From Actinomycetota bacterium (GTDB lineage: Bacteria; Actinomycetota; Actinomycetes; Nanopelagicales; Nanopelagicaceae): a DNA stretch of 64,000 nucleotides. The stretch spans positions 7,018 to 71,017 of the forward strand of contig JBJONC010000002.1 of the NCBI GenBank assembly GCA_046052005.1, read 5' to 3'. This document shows positions 19,094 through 30,767 of the stretch, piece by piece; positions within the stretch are counted from its first letter, which is position 1, and each line of letters begins with the position of its first letter. A program made the position numbers and the translations under genes. Below the pieces are notes generated by a model, which was given only the letters and a program-made list of their open reading frames with translations, searched no databases and was not told the DNA's origin.

Positions 19094-20023
19094 ATGGATC
19101 AACAACTTCTCGAAACCTTGCGCGTAATTGCGCTGCCAACGAAAACTAATTTTCGAGGGATAACGGTTCGCGAAGTCGCCTTGTTTAAAGGGGAATATGG
19201 TTGGGCAGAGTTCTCGCCATTTCTTGAATACGACGATGCAGAAGCTGCACATTGGCTAGTTAGTGCCATTGAGGCTGCAACTACGCCTAGACCGCAGCTA
19301 TTTCGCACGGCGGTTGCGGTCAATGGAACGATCCCGGCGCTCAACGATGCCAATCAAATAAAGGGGATCGTTGAATCATTTCCTGGAGTTAAAAGCTTCA
19401 AGGTCAAAGTCGGAAACAATCCTGCTGAAGACTTGGCTCGCATAAATGAGATTCGTCAATTGCGACCAGATACCAAAATCAGAATTGACGTCAATGGTCT
19501 TTGGAATGTTGATCAAGCAGAACAGTTCTTGAACACTATTGGAGATATCGAATACGTCGAACAACCTTGCGCAACAATTGAAGAGTTACGTGAATTAAAA
19601 AAGAGAACATCCGTAAAGATTGTTGGCGATGAAATTGTGCGCAAGGCTGGTAACCCATTTGATATTGATTTGACCGGTGCGGTTGATTACTTGATGTTGA
19701 AGGTTCAACCTTTGGGTGGAATTAAGAGAGCGCATGCGATTGCCGAGCATCACAAACTTCCAGTTGTTGTTTCCAGCGCTTTAGAAAGCGCGGTTGGAAT
19801 CAAGTACGGTTTGGAACTCGCCGCCTCTTTTAATGAAATGAACTTTGATTGTGGTTTGGGAACAGGGTCGCTTTTGGCTAAAGATGTCGCACAACTGCAA
19901 ATCGTTGACGGAAAGATAGAAATCAGCGAGTTCGAGCCACAGTTAGATGGTTTAGATGTGGCACCAGATAGGTATGAATGGTGGAAGAATCGGATTATGA
20001 GAACCGCGGGGCTGCTGAAGTGA
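19094..20023 (+). CDS. menC: o-succinylbenzoate synthase
   Basis: EFSPFLEY, KVKVG, RIDVNG, EQP, GDE, KVQPLGG (enolase superfamily). Confidence 0.93.
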   Translation: MDQQLLETLRVIALPTKTNFRGITVREVALFKGEYGWAEFSPFLEYDDAEAAHWLVSAIEAATTPRPQLFRTAVAVNGTIPALNDANQIKGIVESFPGVKSFKVKVGNNPAEDLARINEIRQLRPDTKIRIDVNGLWNVDQAEQFLNTIGDIEYVEQPCATIEELRELKKRTSVKIVGDEIVRKAGNPFDIDLTGAVDYLMLKVQPLGGIKRAHAIAEHHKLPVVVSSALESAVGIKYGLELAASFNEMNFDCGLGTGSLLAKDVAQLQIVDGKIEISEFEPQLDGLDVAPDRYEWWKNRIMRTAGLLK

Positions 20024-21594
20024 ACAACTCAACCTCACTCGCCCGCGTAATCGTGCGCCAGGTAATTGAATCTGGAATCACCGATGTGGTTATCTCACCT
20101 GGATCACGTAACGCACCTTTGTCATTAGCATTTTTTGCAGCCGCAGAACGTGGTCTGATAACTATTCATGTGCGCATCGATGAACGCACCGCAGCATTTT
20201 TTGCTTTAGGAATAATCAAAGCAACAGGTCGACCAGTGCCAGTTGTGTGTACAAGTGGAACCGCGGTTGCCAACTATCACCCTGCTGTTTTAGAAGCTCA
20301 TCACACAAATGCACCGCTATTGGTTTTAACCGCCGACCGTCCAGCGATGTTGCGAAAGACGGGGGCTAACCAAACAACTGAGCAAGCTCGAATCTTTGGA
20401 AAAGCGGTTCGCTACTTTGCAGATATTGATGGCCCGGTTTATCCCATGGAGCTACCGCTAGATAGCTTGCGTAAGGGGCCTGTTCATCTCAACCTTCAAT
20501 TTGATGAGCCCTTACTACCTGATGATTCTGCCGACTGGGTTTCTGAAATCGTGGTTGCGCCAAAGAACTTTGTTGATCGATCAAAGCCCGGGACTCTGCG
20601 CTTAGTAGGTGCACGCGGCGTCGTAGTTATTGGTCACGATCGCGCTGGTCTATCTGTTGAGGAAATCACCAAATTTACAAAGGTTCTCGGTTGGCCCGTA
20701 ATTGCTGAAGATCCATTGTCATTTCCAGATGCGATCGCACATGCCTCAATCTTCTTAACATCACAAGAGATTCGAAGCACTTTGATTCCGCAATCTGTAT
20801 TGGTCATTGGCAGAACAACACTTTCGCGTTCAATTAACGCCTTTATAAAGTCCAGCCCAATTCAATACGTTGTAGATCCACGTACATCAACTGTTGATAC
20901 CGATCGTCAAGCGGACCGAGTTTTCACATCCCTACCTGATCTGCAAGGAGTCATTCAATCCGATGACTGGATCGCAACCTGGAATAAAGTTGCTGAGCGA
21001 ACCAAGAAGCTTGTTGCATCCTTAGATGGTTGGAATGAAGCAACAATCGCACGAACAATCGCTGCAGCGATTCCTAATGACACCGCTTTATTTGTTTCAT
21101 CATCTCGTCCTATTCGCGACCTTGAAGGCTTTGCTGTGCCTCGTGGTGGGGTAGACACATATGCCAATAGAGGATTAGCCGGTATTGATGGAAACATTTC
21201 AACAGCTCTTGGAATCGCTTACGCGCATCAATCAACCATTGCTGTACTGGGAGATCTTTCATTCTTATATGACTTGACCGGTTTGATCAATAAAGAAGCG
21301 ATCAACTGTCGATTTATTGTGATCAACAATGATGGCGGGGGAATCTTCTCCACCTTGCCTCAACGTGGATCTGTTGGCTTTGAAACTGTATTTGGAACAC
21401 CACATGGACTTAATCCGGCAAAGATTGCAGAGTCAATGGGAATTGCAGCGAAGCAAATTTCAAACCTTAAGGATTTAGAAGCAGAGATCAAAGCGCCGAT
21501 TTCTGGTGTCAGTGTTGTTGTCTGTGATGTTCCAAATCGTGAAAGTAATGCAGATAACCTCAAAGCTATTTATGAGGCTTTGAACTCTATTTAA
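20020..21594 (+). CDS. menD: SEPHCHC synthase (ThDP-dependent)
   Basis: SPGSRNAPL, IDERTAAF, NRGLAGIDG, GDLSF...NNDGGGIF; GTG start overlapping the menC stop. Confidence 0.95.
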   Translation: MNNSTSLARVIVRQVIESGITDVVISPGSRNAPLSLAFFAAAERGLITIHVRIDERTAAFFALGIIKATGRPVPVVCTSGTAVANYHPAVLEAHHTNAPLLVLTADRPAMLRKTGANQTTEQARIFGKAVRYFADIDGPVYPMELPLDSLRKGPVHLNLQFDEPLLPDDSADWVSEIVVAPKNFVDRSKPGTLRLVGARGVVVIGHDRAGLSVEEITKFTKVLGWPVIAEDPLSFPDAIAHASIFLTSQEIRSTLIPQSVLVIGRTTLSRSINAFIKSSPIQYVVDPRTSTVDTDRQADRVFTSLPDLQGVIQSDDWIATWNKVAERTKKLVASLDGWNEATIARTIAAAIPNDTALFVSSSRPIRDLEGFAVPRGGVDTYANRGLAGIDGNISTALGIAYAHQSTIAVLGDLSFLYDLTGLINKEAINCRFIVINNDGGGIFSTLPQRGSVGFETVFGTPHGLNPAKIAESMGIAAKQISNLKDLEAEIKAPISGVSVVVCDVPNRESNADNLKAIYEALNSI

Positions 21595-22807
21595 GTGCGC
21601 TGCGCATCGGAGTGAACTTTGCATAAGTCTCGGCAAGTTCAATCTCTGGATCTGAACCATCAACAATTCCACATCCTGCAAAGATTCGAATTGAATCTCC
21701 ATTGATTTGCCCACAACGCAAAGCGATTCCGAGTTCGCCATCTCCTGCAGCATCGATCCATCCAACCGGCCCTGCATAGCGACCGCGTGACATACCTTCG
21801 ATTTCAGCGATTAATTGCGCTGCTTGGGGACGAGGAGTTCCACACACAGCAGCGGATGGATGAAGTTGTTCCAAAATAGTAAATGCATCTACATGCGAAA
21901 GGGTTTCGACTAAAGCACCCGTTACATCAGTAGCAAGGTGCATAACGTTGGCAAGGTGCAAAACAAATGGAGAATCAGGCACATTTGTTGAAGAACAGAA
22001 GGGCTCAATCGCATCGGCAACAGATCGCACCGCATATTCATGCTCTGCTAGATCTTTAGATGAGCGCGCAAGTGAACCTGCCAGAGCTAGATCTTTTGCA
22101 TCATCACCGGTCTTGCTAATTGTTCCGGCTAGAACACGTGATGTCACCATTCCTCGTGAAAGACGCAGCAATAGCTCTGGAGTTGCTCCTACTAAACCTG
22201 AAATCGCAAACTTCCAGGTGGTTGGATACTCAATAGATAGTTTGTTCAAAATTGCACGAGGATCAATTGCTTTGTTTGAAGAAACAGTAATGTCGCGTGC
22301 AAGAACAACTTTGTCTAAGTCGCCACGTTGAATTCGAGAAACCGCGGTAGCAACTCTTTCCTTCCACAATTGATCAGCCTGTGGTTCTTCATTCCATTTC
22401 ATTTCACCATTTGAAAAGTGATCTGGTGCTGTTTTCAAATCAGGCTGTGAATCAGAGCCAATCCATGTCATCCATGATTTGCCGCTCTTGGTTCCAACAA
22501 CAACTTGTGGAATTACAAGAACCGAAACATCTTCTGGAGAAAATGAAAATGATGCAAACAAAACCGGTCCTGTGCCGCTTCCGTGCACCGTGTTATTTAC
22601 TGCAAACTTTTCTAACTGCTTTTGCCACCAGTGACGTGCATCAGCAAAGCGATGTGGACCGCTAACAGTTGTCGTCGCGTATGTGCCCCAACCAACTAAA
22701 CCTTCGCCACTGCGAACCCATGCAAGGGGTTGTGAATCTGGAAGAAGTTCCAGCAACGGCAAATGCTCGCCAAGGCGAGTTGTCGTGACCGGGACTAGTT
22801 GGACCAT
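21587..22807 (-). CDS. menF: Isochorismate synthase
   Basis: KVVLAR, GATPELL, LHPSAAVCG, RGRYAGPVGW, FAGCGIV. Confidence 0.9.
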   Translation of the reverse strand: MVQLVPVTTTRLGEHLPLLELLPDSQPLAWVRSGEGLVGWGTYATTTVSGPHRFADARHWWQKQLEKFAVNNTVHGSGTGPVLFASFSFSPEDVSVLVIPQVVVGTKSGKSWMTWIGSDSQPDLKTAPDHFSNGEMKWNEEPQADQLWKERVATAVSRIQRGDLDKVVLARDITVSSNKAIDPRAILNKLSIEYPTTWKFAISGLVGATPELLLRLSRGMVTSRVLAGTISKTGDDAKDLALAGSLARSSKDLAEHEYAVRSVADAIEPFCSSTNVPDSPFVLHLANVMHLATDVTGALVETLSHVDAFTILEQLHPSAAVCGTPRPQAAQLIAEIEGMSRGRYAGPVGWIDAAGDGELGIALRCGQINGDSIRIFAGCGIVDGSDPEIELAETYAKFTPMRSALK

Positions 22808-22889
22808 GGGGGAAGAGCTCCTCTAAATCATGCCTGTGGTGATGTGGCGTTGAGTTGTGGATGAGCCTACTTCAAGGGAGAATAAGCGC

Positions 22890-23582
22890 ATGTCCCGCGC
22901 TAACCTCAACAAAGACCCCGATGAAGTCGCGGCTATGTTTGATGGGGTCGCCAAGCGGTATGACCTGGTTAATGACCTTTTGAGCTTGGGCCGAACCAAG
23001 GCTTGGCGCAAGGCAGCGACAAAGATCATCGCCCCAGCACCCGGAATGGTGATCCTGGATTTAGCTGCTGGTCCTGGCTCCTCATCTGAGCCCCTGTTTA
23101 AGGCCGGGGCTACCGTCTTTGCCACAGATTTCAGCGAGGGAATGCTGGCTCAGGGTCGAAAAGCCCGTCCATACCTCAACTTTTCCAAGGCCGATGCCCT
23201 CAACCTGCCCTTTGAGGCCGACACCTTTGATGTCGTCACCATCTCGTATGGGCTCCGAAACACGGTGGATTTCGATAAGGCGCTGGCCGAGGCCCGCCGA
23301 GTCACCAAGCCAGGTGGGCGAATGGTGGTTGTTGAGTTCAGCCATCCAACATGGCGTCCGTTTCGCACCATTTATACCGAATATCTCATGAAGCTGCTGC
23401 CCATTATCGCCAAGCGAACCTCCTCCAACCCAGATGCCTATATCTATCTGGCGGAGTCGATCCGAGCATGGCCAGATCAGGCGGCGTTAGCGGCTCGAAT
23501 GGAGAAGGCGGGATGGACCGGGGTCACCTGGAAGAACCTGACCTTTGGTGTTGTTGCAGTTCACAGCGGGATTAAGGGCTAG
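22890..23582 (+). CDS. menG: Demethylmenaquinone methyltransferase
   Basis: MFDGVAKRYDLVND, LDLAAGPG, YIYLAESIRAWP. Confidence 0.93.
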   Translation: MSRANLNKDPDEVAAMFDGVAKRYDLVNDLLSLGRTKAWRKAATKIIAPAPGMVILDLAAGPGSSSEPLFKAGATVFATDFSEGMLAQGRKARPYLNFSKADALNLPFEADTFDVVTISYGLRNTVDFDKALAEARRVTKPGGRMVVVEFSHPTWRPFRTIYTEYLMKLLPIIAKRTSSNPDAYIYLAESIRAWPDQAALAARMEKAGWTGVTWKNLTFGVVAVHSGIKG

Positions 23583-23622
23583 CGGTCACGGGCAGAGGCC
23601 TTTCGACCTTAGGATTTCGACC

Positions 23623-23994
23623 GTGATATCCACATCCAATCCATACATTCCAATCTTGGTGATAGGCGCGATCGGCTTCGGCTTCGCTGCTTTCTCTGTT
23701 GTTGCAGGTGCGCTCGCAGGTCCAAAGCGTTACAACCGTGCCAAGTTAGATGCATACGAGTGCGGAATCGAACCTTCACCACAAGCTGCCGAAGGTGGAC
23801 GCTTTCCAATTAAGTATTTCTTAACTGCGATGCTTTTCATCATCTTTGATATTGAAATCGTCTTTTTGTATCCATGGGCAGTTGCTTTTGACTCTCTAGG
23901 TTTGTTTGGTTTGGTTGAAATGGCAATCTTCATTGGAACAGTTTTTGTTGCATATGCATATGTATGGCGCCGCGGCGGATTGGAATGGGACTAA
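23623..23994 (+). CDS. nuoA: NADH-quinone oxidoreductase subunit A
   Basis: YECGIEP, FIIFDIEIVFLYPWA; start set at GTG 23623, 7 nt after TAGGAT. Confidence 0.95.
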   Translation: MISTSNPYIPILVIGAIGFGFAAFSVVAGALAGPKRYNRAKLDAYECGIEPSPQAAEGGRFPIKYFLTAMLFIIFDIEIVFLYPWAVAFDSLGLFGLVEMAIFIGTVFVAYAYVWRRGGLEWD

Positions 23995-23997
23995 ACA

Positions 23998-24555
23998 ATG
24001 GGTCTTGAAGAAAAAATTCCGAGTGGTTTTCTCTTAACCACAGTTGAAAAACTTGCGGGGTATATGCGCAAGAACTCTTTGTGGCCTGCAACTTTTGGTC
24101 TTGCATGCTGTGCCATTGAAATGATGGCTGTTGGTTCTGCTGCCAAATATGACATTGCACGTTTTGGAAGTGAAGTTTTCCGCGCATCCCCACGTCAAGC
24201 AGATCTCATGATCGTTGCTGGTCGCGTTTCAAACAAGATGGCACCAGTTCTTCGACAGATTTACGATCAAATGTCAGCGCCAAAGTGGGTTCTAGCGATG
24301 GGTGCCTGTGCATCTTCAGGCGGAATGTTCAATAACTACGCAATTGTTCAAGGTGTAGATCACGTTGTTCCAGTTGATATTTATCTTCCAGGTTGCCCAC
24401 CACGTCCTGAAATGTTACTTGATGCAATTATTAAGTTGCAGGAACAGATCAATGACACAAAGCTCGGTGCAAATCGTGCACAAATCATCAAGGAAGTTGA
24501 ACTTGCAGCTATGAATGCAAAGCCAACTCATGAGATGAAGGGCTTGCTTGCATGA
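23998..24555 (+). CDS. nuoB: NADH-quinone oxidoreductase subunit B
   Basis: [18 protein letters not shown]. Confidence 0.97.
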   Translation: MGLEEKIPSGFLLTTVEKLAGYMRKNSLWPATFGLACCAIEMMAVGSAAKYDIARFGSEVFRASPRQADLMIVAGRVSNKMAPVLRQIYDQMSAPKWVLAMGACASSGGMFNNYAIVQGVDHVVPVDIYLPGCPPRPEMLLDAIIKLQEQINDTKLGANRAQIIKEVELAAMNAKPTHEMKGLLA

Positions 24556-25178
24556 CAGACGGAATGTTTGGCGCAAAGGGCACAGGAGATACATCGGGTT
24601 ACGGTGGATTGGTTCGCCAAGCGGCTAATTTTGGCTCCTCTGAGCGTCCATATGGCTCATATTTTGATGAAGTAGCTGATGATCTAGAGCGCGCTTACCC
24701 AGATTTTTCAGATGCGATTGAACGTGTAGTTGTTGATCGCGGCGAATTAACTCTTCATGTAAAGCGTGAGAAGTTGGTTGAAGTTGCTTTCATTCTTCGC
24801 GATAAGTTGAAGTTTGAAATGTGCATGGGTGTTAACGGAGTTCATTACCCAGAGCAGACGGGTCGCGAACTTCATGCCGTGTACCCATTGCTTTCTTTGA
24901 CTAAGAACCAACGAATCCGTTTAGAAGTTTCAGTTCCAGATGGTGATGCACACATTCCATCTGTTGTTGAAGTGTGGGCGGGAAACAACTGGCATGAACG
25001 TGAAACCTTTGACATGTTCGGAATTGTTTTTGATGGCCACCCAGGTTTGACTCGCATCTTGATGCCAGATGACTGGGAAGGTCACCCACAGCGCAAGGAT
25101 TACTCATTGGGCGGAATCGCGGTTGAGTACAAGGGCGCAACAACACCACCTCCTAGTGAAAGAAGGAGTTACAAGTGA
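24552..25178 (+). CDS. nuoC: NADH-quinone oxidoreductase subunit C
   Basis: [19 protein letters not shown]. Confidence 0.96.
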   Translation: MTDGMFGAKGTGDTSGYGGLVRQAANFGSSERPYGSYFDEVADDLERAYPDFSDAIERVVVDRGELTLHVKREKLVEVAFILRDKLKFEMCMGVNGVHYPEQTGRELHAVYPLLSLTKNQRIRLEVSVPDGDAHIPSVVEVWAGNNWHERETFDMFGIVFDGHPGLTRILMPDDWEGHPQRKDYSLGGIAVEYKGATTPPPSERRSYK

Positions 25179-26512
25179 CAACTTTTGATCCATATGCACC
25201 TTCACGTGAAACAACTGAAGGAAAAGTTTTCTCTGTTACAGGTGGAGACTGGGACGCACTAGTACAAGATATTGGTGCAACTAAAGAAGAGCGCGTTGTC
25301 GTCAACATGGGACCTCAGCACCCTTCAACACATGGTGTGCTTCGTTTAGTTCTAGAACTAGAAGGCGAAACAATTACTGAAGCTCGTGCAGGTATTGGAT
25401 ACCTTCACACAGGAATTGAAAAAAATATGGAGTACCGCAGCTGGACTCAGGGAACAACATTCGTAACTCGAATGGATTACCTTGGACCGTTGCACAATGA
25501 AACCGCCTACTGTCTAGCAGTAGAAAAGCTTTTGGGAATTACAGATGATGTTCCAGAGCGTGCAAGTGTCATCCGCGTCATGATGATGGAGCTCAACCGA
25601 ATCTCCTCACACATGGTTGCACTGGGTACTGGTGCCCTCGAATTAGGCGCAATTAGCCCTATGTTCTTTGCTTTCCGTGAACGTGAAACGGTGCTTGAGA
25701 TTTTCGAAATGATCACCGGGCTTCGCATGAACATGGCTTACATCCGTCCAGGTGGAGTACAACAAGATCTTCCTGAAGGTGCGTTAACAAAGATTCGCGA
25801 AGGCGTTAAGTTGATGCGTAAGAACTTCAAGGAAAATGCAACGCTGCTTATTGGTAACTCAATCTGGATGAAGCGTACGCAAGGTATTGGTTACTTAGAC
25901 CTTGCAGGTTGTACAACTCTTGGAATCACCGGACCAGTTCTTCGTTCAACTGGCTTGCCTTGGGATCTTCGTAAGCTTCAACCGTACTGCGGATATGAAA
26001 ACTACAACTTTGATGTTGTTACTGCAGATACTTGTGATGTTTATGGTCGTTTCTTGATTCGCATGAATGAACTTGAGCAATCACTTCGAATCATTGAACA
26101 GTGTGTCGCTAAGTTAGAAAAGCTTGAAGGCGCACCAGTAATGGTTGCAGATAAGAAGATTGCATGGCCTGCACAGCTTGCATTGGGTGGAGATGGACTC
26201 GGTAACTCACTTGACCACATCCGTCAGATCATGGGCACATCAATGGAGTCTTTGATTCACCACTTCAAACTTGTTACAGAAGGCTTCCATGTTCCTGCTG
26301 GACAGGCATATGTTGCAATCGAATCACCTCGCGGTGAACTTGGTGCATCAGTTGTATCTGATGGTGGAACAAAGCCTTATCGCGTTCACTTCCGCGAACC
26401 ATCATTTAATAATTTGCAAGCGACAGCTGCAATGAGCGAAGGCGGAATGGTTGCCGACATCATTGGTGCAGTTGCTTCGATCGATCCAGTTATGGGAGGC
26501 GTTGATCGCTAA
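25175..26512 (+). CDS. nuoD: NADH-quinone oxidoreductase subunit D
   Basis: [23 protein letters not shown]. Confidence 0.97.
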   Translation: MTTFDPYAPSRETTEGKVFSVTGGDWDALVQDIGATKEERVVVNMGPQHPSTHGVLRLVLELEGETITEARAGIGYLHTGIEKNMEYRSWTQGTTFVTRMDYLGPLHNETAYCLAVEKLLGITDDVPERASVIRVMMMELNRISSHMVALGTGALELGAISPMFFAFRERETVLEIFEMITGLRMNMAYIRPGGVQQDLPEGALTKIREGVKLMRKNFKENATLLIGNSIWMKRTQGIGYLDLAGCTTLGITGPVLRSTGLPWDLRKLQPYCGYENYNFDVVTADTCDVYGRFLIRMNELEQSLRIIEQCVAKLEKLEGAPVMVADKKIAWPAQLALGGDGLGNSLDHIRQIMGTSMESLIHHFKLVTEGFHVPAGQAYVAIESPRGELGASVVSDGGTKPYRVHFREPSFNNLQATAAMSEGGMVADIIGAVASIDPVMGGVDR

Positions 26513-27138
26513 TGGCATTTTCAACTGAAGATCTACAAGTCATGGATTCGATCATCAAGCGTTATCCACGTTCACGTTCTGCAATCATGCCTTTGCTTCA
26601 CTTTGTGCAGTCAAAGGCTGGCTACGTAACTAACGAGGGCATCGAAGTAATTGCAAAGCTTCTTCAGCTAGAAGCCGCTGAAGTCACTGCTGTATCTACC
26701 TTTTACACCCAATACAAGCCAACGCCAGTAGGCGAGTACCACGTAGGTGTGTGCACAAATACCTTGTGCGCGGTTATGGGCGGAGATGCAATCTTTGCTT
26801 CACTTAAGGATCACCTTGGCATTGGTAATGATGAAGTTACAGCTGATGGAAAAGTTTCATTGGAGCACATCGAATGTAATGCTGCTTGTGACTACGCACC
26901 CGTTGTTATGGCTAACTGGGAGTTTTACGACAACCAAACAGTTGAGTCTGCAAAAGAGTTAGTTGATTCAATGCGAGCAGGTAATCCAAAGCCACCAACT
27001 CGTGGACCAAATCGTTTGGTTACCTACAAAGAAGCATCTGCGGTTCTTGCAGGATTAAATGACGGACTTGCGCACGAAGGTGTTCAAGCTGGTGAGCCAA
27101 CTTTGCTTGGCTTGAAACTTTCGAAAGAGGGCAAGTAA
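26512..27138 (+). CDS. nuoE: NADH-quinone oxidoreductase subunit E
   Basis: CTNTLC and ECNAACDYAP 2Fe-2S ligands. Confidence 0.96.
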   Translation: MAFSTEDLQVMDSIIKRYPRSRSAIMPLLHFVQSKAGYVTNEGIEVIAKLLQLEAAEVTAVSTFYTQYKPTPVGEYHVGVCTNTLCAVMGGDAIFASLKDHLGIGNDEVTADGKVSLEHIECNAACDYAPVVMANWEFYDNQTVESAKELVDSMRAGNPKPPTRGPNRLVTYKEASAVLAGLNDGLAHEGVQAGEPTLLGLKLSKEGK

Positions 27139-28418
27139 TGACAAAGCTAGCTCCAGTTCTATCCGCACATTGGGATGAAAAAGATTCATTTACTCTTGAA
27201 GGTTACAAGCGTCACGGTGGATACAAGGCTGCTGAAAAAGCTTTGGCAATGGATCCAGATGCAGTTATTCAACTTGTTAAGGATTCAGGACTTCGCGGTC
27301 GCGGAGGAGCTGGTTTCCCAACAGGTATGAAGTGGGGATTTATTCCACAAGGTGACAACAAAGATCACTACCTTGTTGTTAACGCTGATGAATCAGAGCC
27401 AGGAACTTGTAAGGACATGCCACTACTTATGGCAAATCCCCATGTTCTTGTTGAAGGGTGCATCATTGCTTGCCACGCAATTCGTGCAAAGCACGCATTC
27501 ATTTATATTCGCGGCGAGGTAACCCATGTTGCTCGTCGACTTAATCAGGCGATTGCCGATGCTTACGCTGCCGGAATCCTTGGTAATGGAATTGATGTTG
27601 TTCTGCACGTTGGTGCAGGCGCATACATTTGTGGTGAAGAGACCGCACTTCTTGACTCACTAGAAGGCTTCCGCGGACAGCCTCGTTTACGTCCGCCATT
27701 CCCTGCAATTGCAGGACTTTATGCACGTCCAACCGTTGTAAACAACGTTGAATCAATCTCAGCGGTTCCAGCGATCGTTATGAATGGCGCAGAGTGGTAC
27801 CAATCAATGGGAACTGAAAAGAGCAAGGGAACAACCCTTTATTCACTTTCAGGTCACGTTGCTAACCCAGGACAGTTTGAAGCACCACTCGGAATTACAT
27901 TGCGAGAGATTTTGGATCTTGCTGGCGGAGTTCGCCCAGGACATAAGTTGAAGTTCTGGACTCCAGGTGGATCATCAACACCTCTATTTACAGATGCACA
28001 TCTTGATGTTCCTTTGGATTATGAAGGTGTTGCAGCTGCTGGCTCCATGCTCGGAACTAAAGCTCTACAAATCTTTGATGAAACTACGTGTGTTGTTCGA
28101 GCAGTGCTTCGCTGGACTGAGTTCTACAAGCACGAGTCATGTGGAAAGTGCACACCATGCCGTGAAGGTACCTGGTGGTTAGTACAGATTCTTCGCGATC
28201 TTGAAGAAGGTAAGGGAACCGAAGCAGATCTTGCTAAGTTGCTAGATCTTTGCGACAACATCATGGGACGTTCATTCTGTGCTCTTGGTGATGGTGCAAC
28301 AAGCCCAATTACATCTTCAATTAAGTATTTCCGTGATGAGTACATTGCACACGTTACAAATGGCGCTTGCCCATTTGATCCAGTTGCATCAACTCTATTT
28401 GCTGGGGCAGGTGCATAA
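27138..28418 (+). CDS. nuoF: NADH-quinone oxidoreductase subunit F
   Basis: GRGGAGFPTG, NADESEPGT, ESCGKCTPCREG. Confidence 0.97.
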   Translation: MTKLAPVLSAHWDEKDSFTLEGYKRHGGYKAAEKALAMDPDAVIQLVKDSGLRGRGGAGFPTGMKWGFIPQGDNKDHYLVVNADESEPGTCKDMPLLMANPHVLVEGCIIACHAIRAKHAFIYIRGEVTHVARRLNQAIADAYAAGILGNGIDVVLHVGAGAYICGEETALLDSLEGFRGQPRLRPPFPAIAGLYARPTVVNNVESISAVPAIVMNGAEWYQSMGTEKSKGTTLYSLSGHVANPGQFEAPLGITLREILDLAGGVRPGHKLKFWTPGGSSTPLFTDAHLDVPLDYEGVAAAGSMLGTKALQIFDETTCVVRAVLRWTEFYKHESCGKCTPCREGTWWLVQILRDLEEGKGTEADLAKLLDLCDNIMGRSFCALGDGATSPITSSIKYFRDEYIAHVTNGACPFDPVASTLFAGAGA

Positions 28419-30767
28419 GTGACTACTGAAGTTTCAGAGATGATCACCGTCGTTATCGACGGTTTCGAAGTAACAGTTCCAAAAGGAACACTTGTTATTC
28501 GTGCAGCAGAACAATTAGGAATTCAGATTCCTCGTTTCTGCGATCACCCACTGCTTAATCCAGTCGGAGCATGCCGTCAGTGCCTTGTTGATATTGAAAT
28601 CAATGGACGTGCATTCCCAAAGCCACAAGCTTCTTGCACAATTCCAGTCGAGCCAGGAATGATCGTAAAGACCCAATTAACCTCGCCTGTCGCTGAAAAA
28701 GCACAGCGCGGCGTAATGGAGCTTTTGCTTGTAAACCACCCATTGGATTGCCCAGTGTGTGACAAGGGTGGAGAGTGCCCACTGCAGAATCAAGCGATGA
28801 GCAATGGTCAAGGCTCTTCACGATTTGAAGGTGTTAAGCGCACATTTGAAAAGCCAATCAATATTTCTTCTCAGGTACTTCTCGATCGTGAGCGTTGCGT
28901 TCTTTGCGCACGTTGCACACGTTTCTCAGAACAAATCGCAAGCGATCCATTCATTACTCTTAATGAACGTGGAGCTTTGCAACAAGTAGGTATTTACGAG
29001 AACAAGCCATTCGAGTCTTACTTCTCTGGAAACACAGTTCAAATCTGTCCAGTGGGTGCACTTACTGGAGCCGCTTATCGTTTCCGTGCACGTCCATTTG
29101 ATTTGGTGTCAACACCATCTGCTTGTGAGCACTGTGCATCTGGTTGCGATATGCGCACCGATGTTCGCCGCGGAAAGACTTTGCGTCGCCTAGCTGGTGA
29201 AGATGCATCAGTTAACGAAGAGTGGAACTGCGATAAGGGTCGTTGGGCATTTAAGTATGTAACCGCGGTTAATCGCCTAAAGGTTCCTATGATCCGTAAC
29301 GCAGCTGGCGAGCTTGTTGAAGCATCATGGCCAGAAGCTCTTGCAGTTGCTGCTGAAGGACTTAAGTCTGCAAAGGCTGCGGTTCTTGTCGGTGGTCGTG
29401 CAACTCATGAAGATGCATATGGATACAGCAAGTTTGCACGTGTTGCACTTGGAACAAATGACATCGACTTCCGTTCACGTATCTCATCAGATGAAGAACG
29501 CGAGTTCATTGCAGCGCGTGTAGTTGGCTCATCAACTACATATCGTGACATTGATAAGGCGGATCAGATTCTTCTCGTTGGCTTTGAGCCAGAAGAAGAG
29601 TCACCAATTGTTTTCTTGCGCATCAATAAGCAGTACCGCAAGCGTGCTTTGAAGGTTGTCTCAATCGGTTCAAAAGAATCAATTGCTGTAGACAAGTTAA
29701 AGGCGGAGTTTGTAAAGGTTGCTCCTGGTCAAGAAGCAGCAGCAATCGCTTCACAGAAGCTCACAGACAAGTCTGTAATTCTTGTGGGAGAGCGCGCTGC
29801 TGAAAGTGCAGGAGCTTTGACCGCGGTTGCAGCTCTTGCAGATTCAACCGGTGCAAAGCTTGCTTGGATCCCTCGTCGCGCAGGTGAGCGCGGAGCGATC
29901 GAAGCTGGAGCAATTGGAAATCTCTTGCCTGGCGGTCGTCCAGTAACAGATGCAGCCGCACGTGTAGATATCGCAGCAGTGTGGAACACAGATTCAATTC
30001 CTTCTGAAGTTGGTCGTTCAACTCCACAAATCATTGATGCGGTTAATGCCGGACAAATTGGCGCACTCGTTGTGGGTGGAGTTGATCCACTAGATGGTGA
30101 CAACAGCCAGGCTGCGCTTGCTGCATTAGATAAGGCATTTGTTGTTTCACTTGAAATCGCACCAAGTGCGGTAACTGCTCGCGCAAATGTTGTATTGCCA
30201 GTTGCTGCAGTTACAGAAAAATCTGGTTCTTTCCTTAACTGGGAAGGTCGTGCACGTTCATTTGATGCAGCTGTTGCAGATTCACTTAACCGAAGCGACC
30301 TAAGAATTCTTTCAATGATCGCTGAAGAGATGGGAATCTCTCTCAATCTTGGAACGGTCACCGCTGCTGCAAAGGAGATTGCATCTCTAGGCAATTGGGA
30401 TGGCGCACGCGCATCATTGACACCTGTTGCACCGCAGTCACAACCAGCATTAAGTGGCGATCAAGCTTTGATTACCTCATGGCGTCGTCTGCTCGACCTT
30501 GGAACTTTGCAAGAAGGCGAAGAAAACCTTGCTGGAACTGCACGTAGAACTGTTGCTGTTATCTCACCAAAGCGCGCTCAATCAATGGGTGTAGTCGATG
30601 GAGACCAGCTGAAGATTTCAACTGCACAGGGATCTGTAACGCTTTCAGCTCTCGTTGAAAACATTCATGATGATGCTGTTTGGGCGCCTCGTAACTCACG
30701 TGGTTCTCAATTGTTGGTAAACCTAGGCGTCGCACATGGCGCAGTAGTTACGGTGGTGAAGGCATGA
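28419..30767 (+). CDS. nuoG: NADH-quinone oxidoreductase subunit G
   Basis: [29 protein letters not shown]. Confidence 0.97.
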   Translation: MTTEVSEMITVVIDGFEVTVPKGTLVIRAAEQLGIQIPRFCDHPLLNPVGACRQCLVDIEINGRAFPKPQASCTIPVEPGMIVKTQLTSPVAEKAQRGVMELLLVNHPLDCPVCDKGGECPLQNQAMSNGQGSSRFEGVKRTFEKPINISSQVLLDRERCVLCARCTRFSEQIASDPFITLNERGALQQVGIYENKPFESYFSGNTVQICPVGALTGAAYRFRARPFDLVSTPSACEHCASGCDMRTDVRRGKTLRRLAGEDASVNEEWNCDKGRWAFKYVTAVNRLKVPMIRNAAGELVEASWPEALAVAAEGLKSAKAAVLVGGRATHEDAYGYSKFARVALGTNDIDFRSRISSDEEREFIAARVVGSSTTYRDIDKADQILLVGFEPEEESPIVFLRINKQYRKRALKVVSIGSKESIAVDKLKAEFVKVAPGQEAAAIASQKLTDKSVILVGERAAESAGALTAVAALADSTGAKLAWIPRRAGERGAIEAGAIGNLLPGGRPVTDAAARVDIAAVWNTDSIPSEVGRSTPQIIDAVNAGQIGALVVGGVDPLDGDNSQAALAALDKAFVVSLEIAPSAVTARANVVLPVAAVTEKSGSFLNWEGRARSFDAAVADSLNRSDLRILSMIAEEMGISLNLGTVTAAAKEIASLGNWDGARASLTPVAPQSQPALSGDQALITSWRRLLDLGTLQEGEENLAGTARRTVAVISPKRAQSMGVVDGDQLKISTAQGSVTLSALVENIHDDAVWAPRNSRGSQLLVNLGVAHGAVVTVVKA

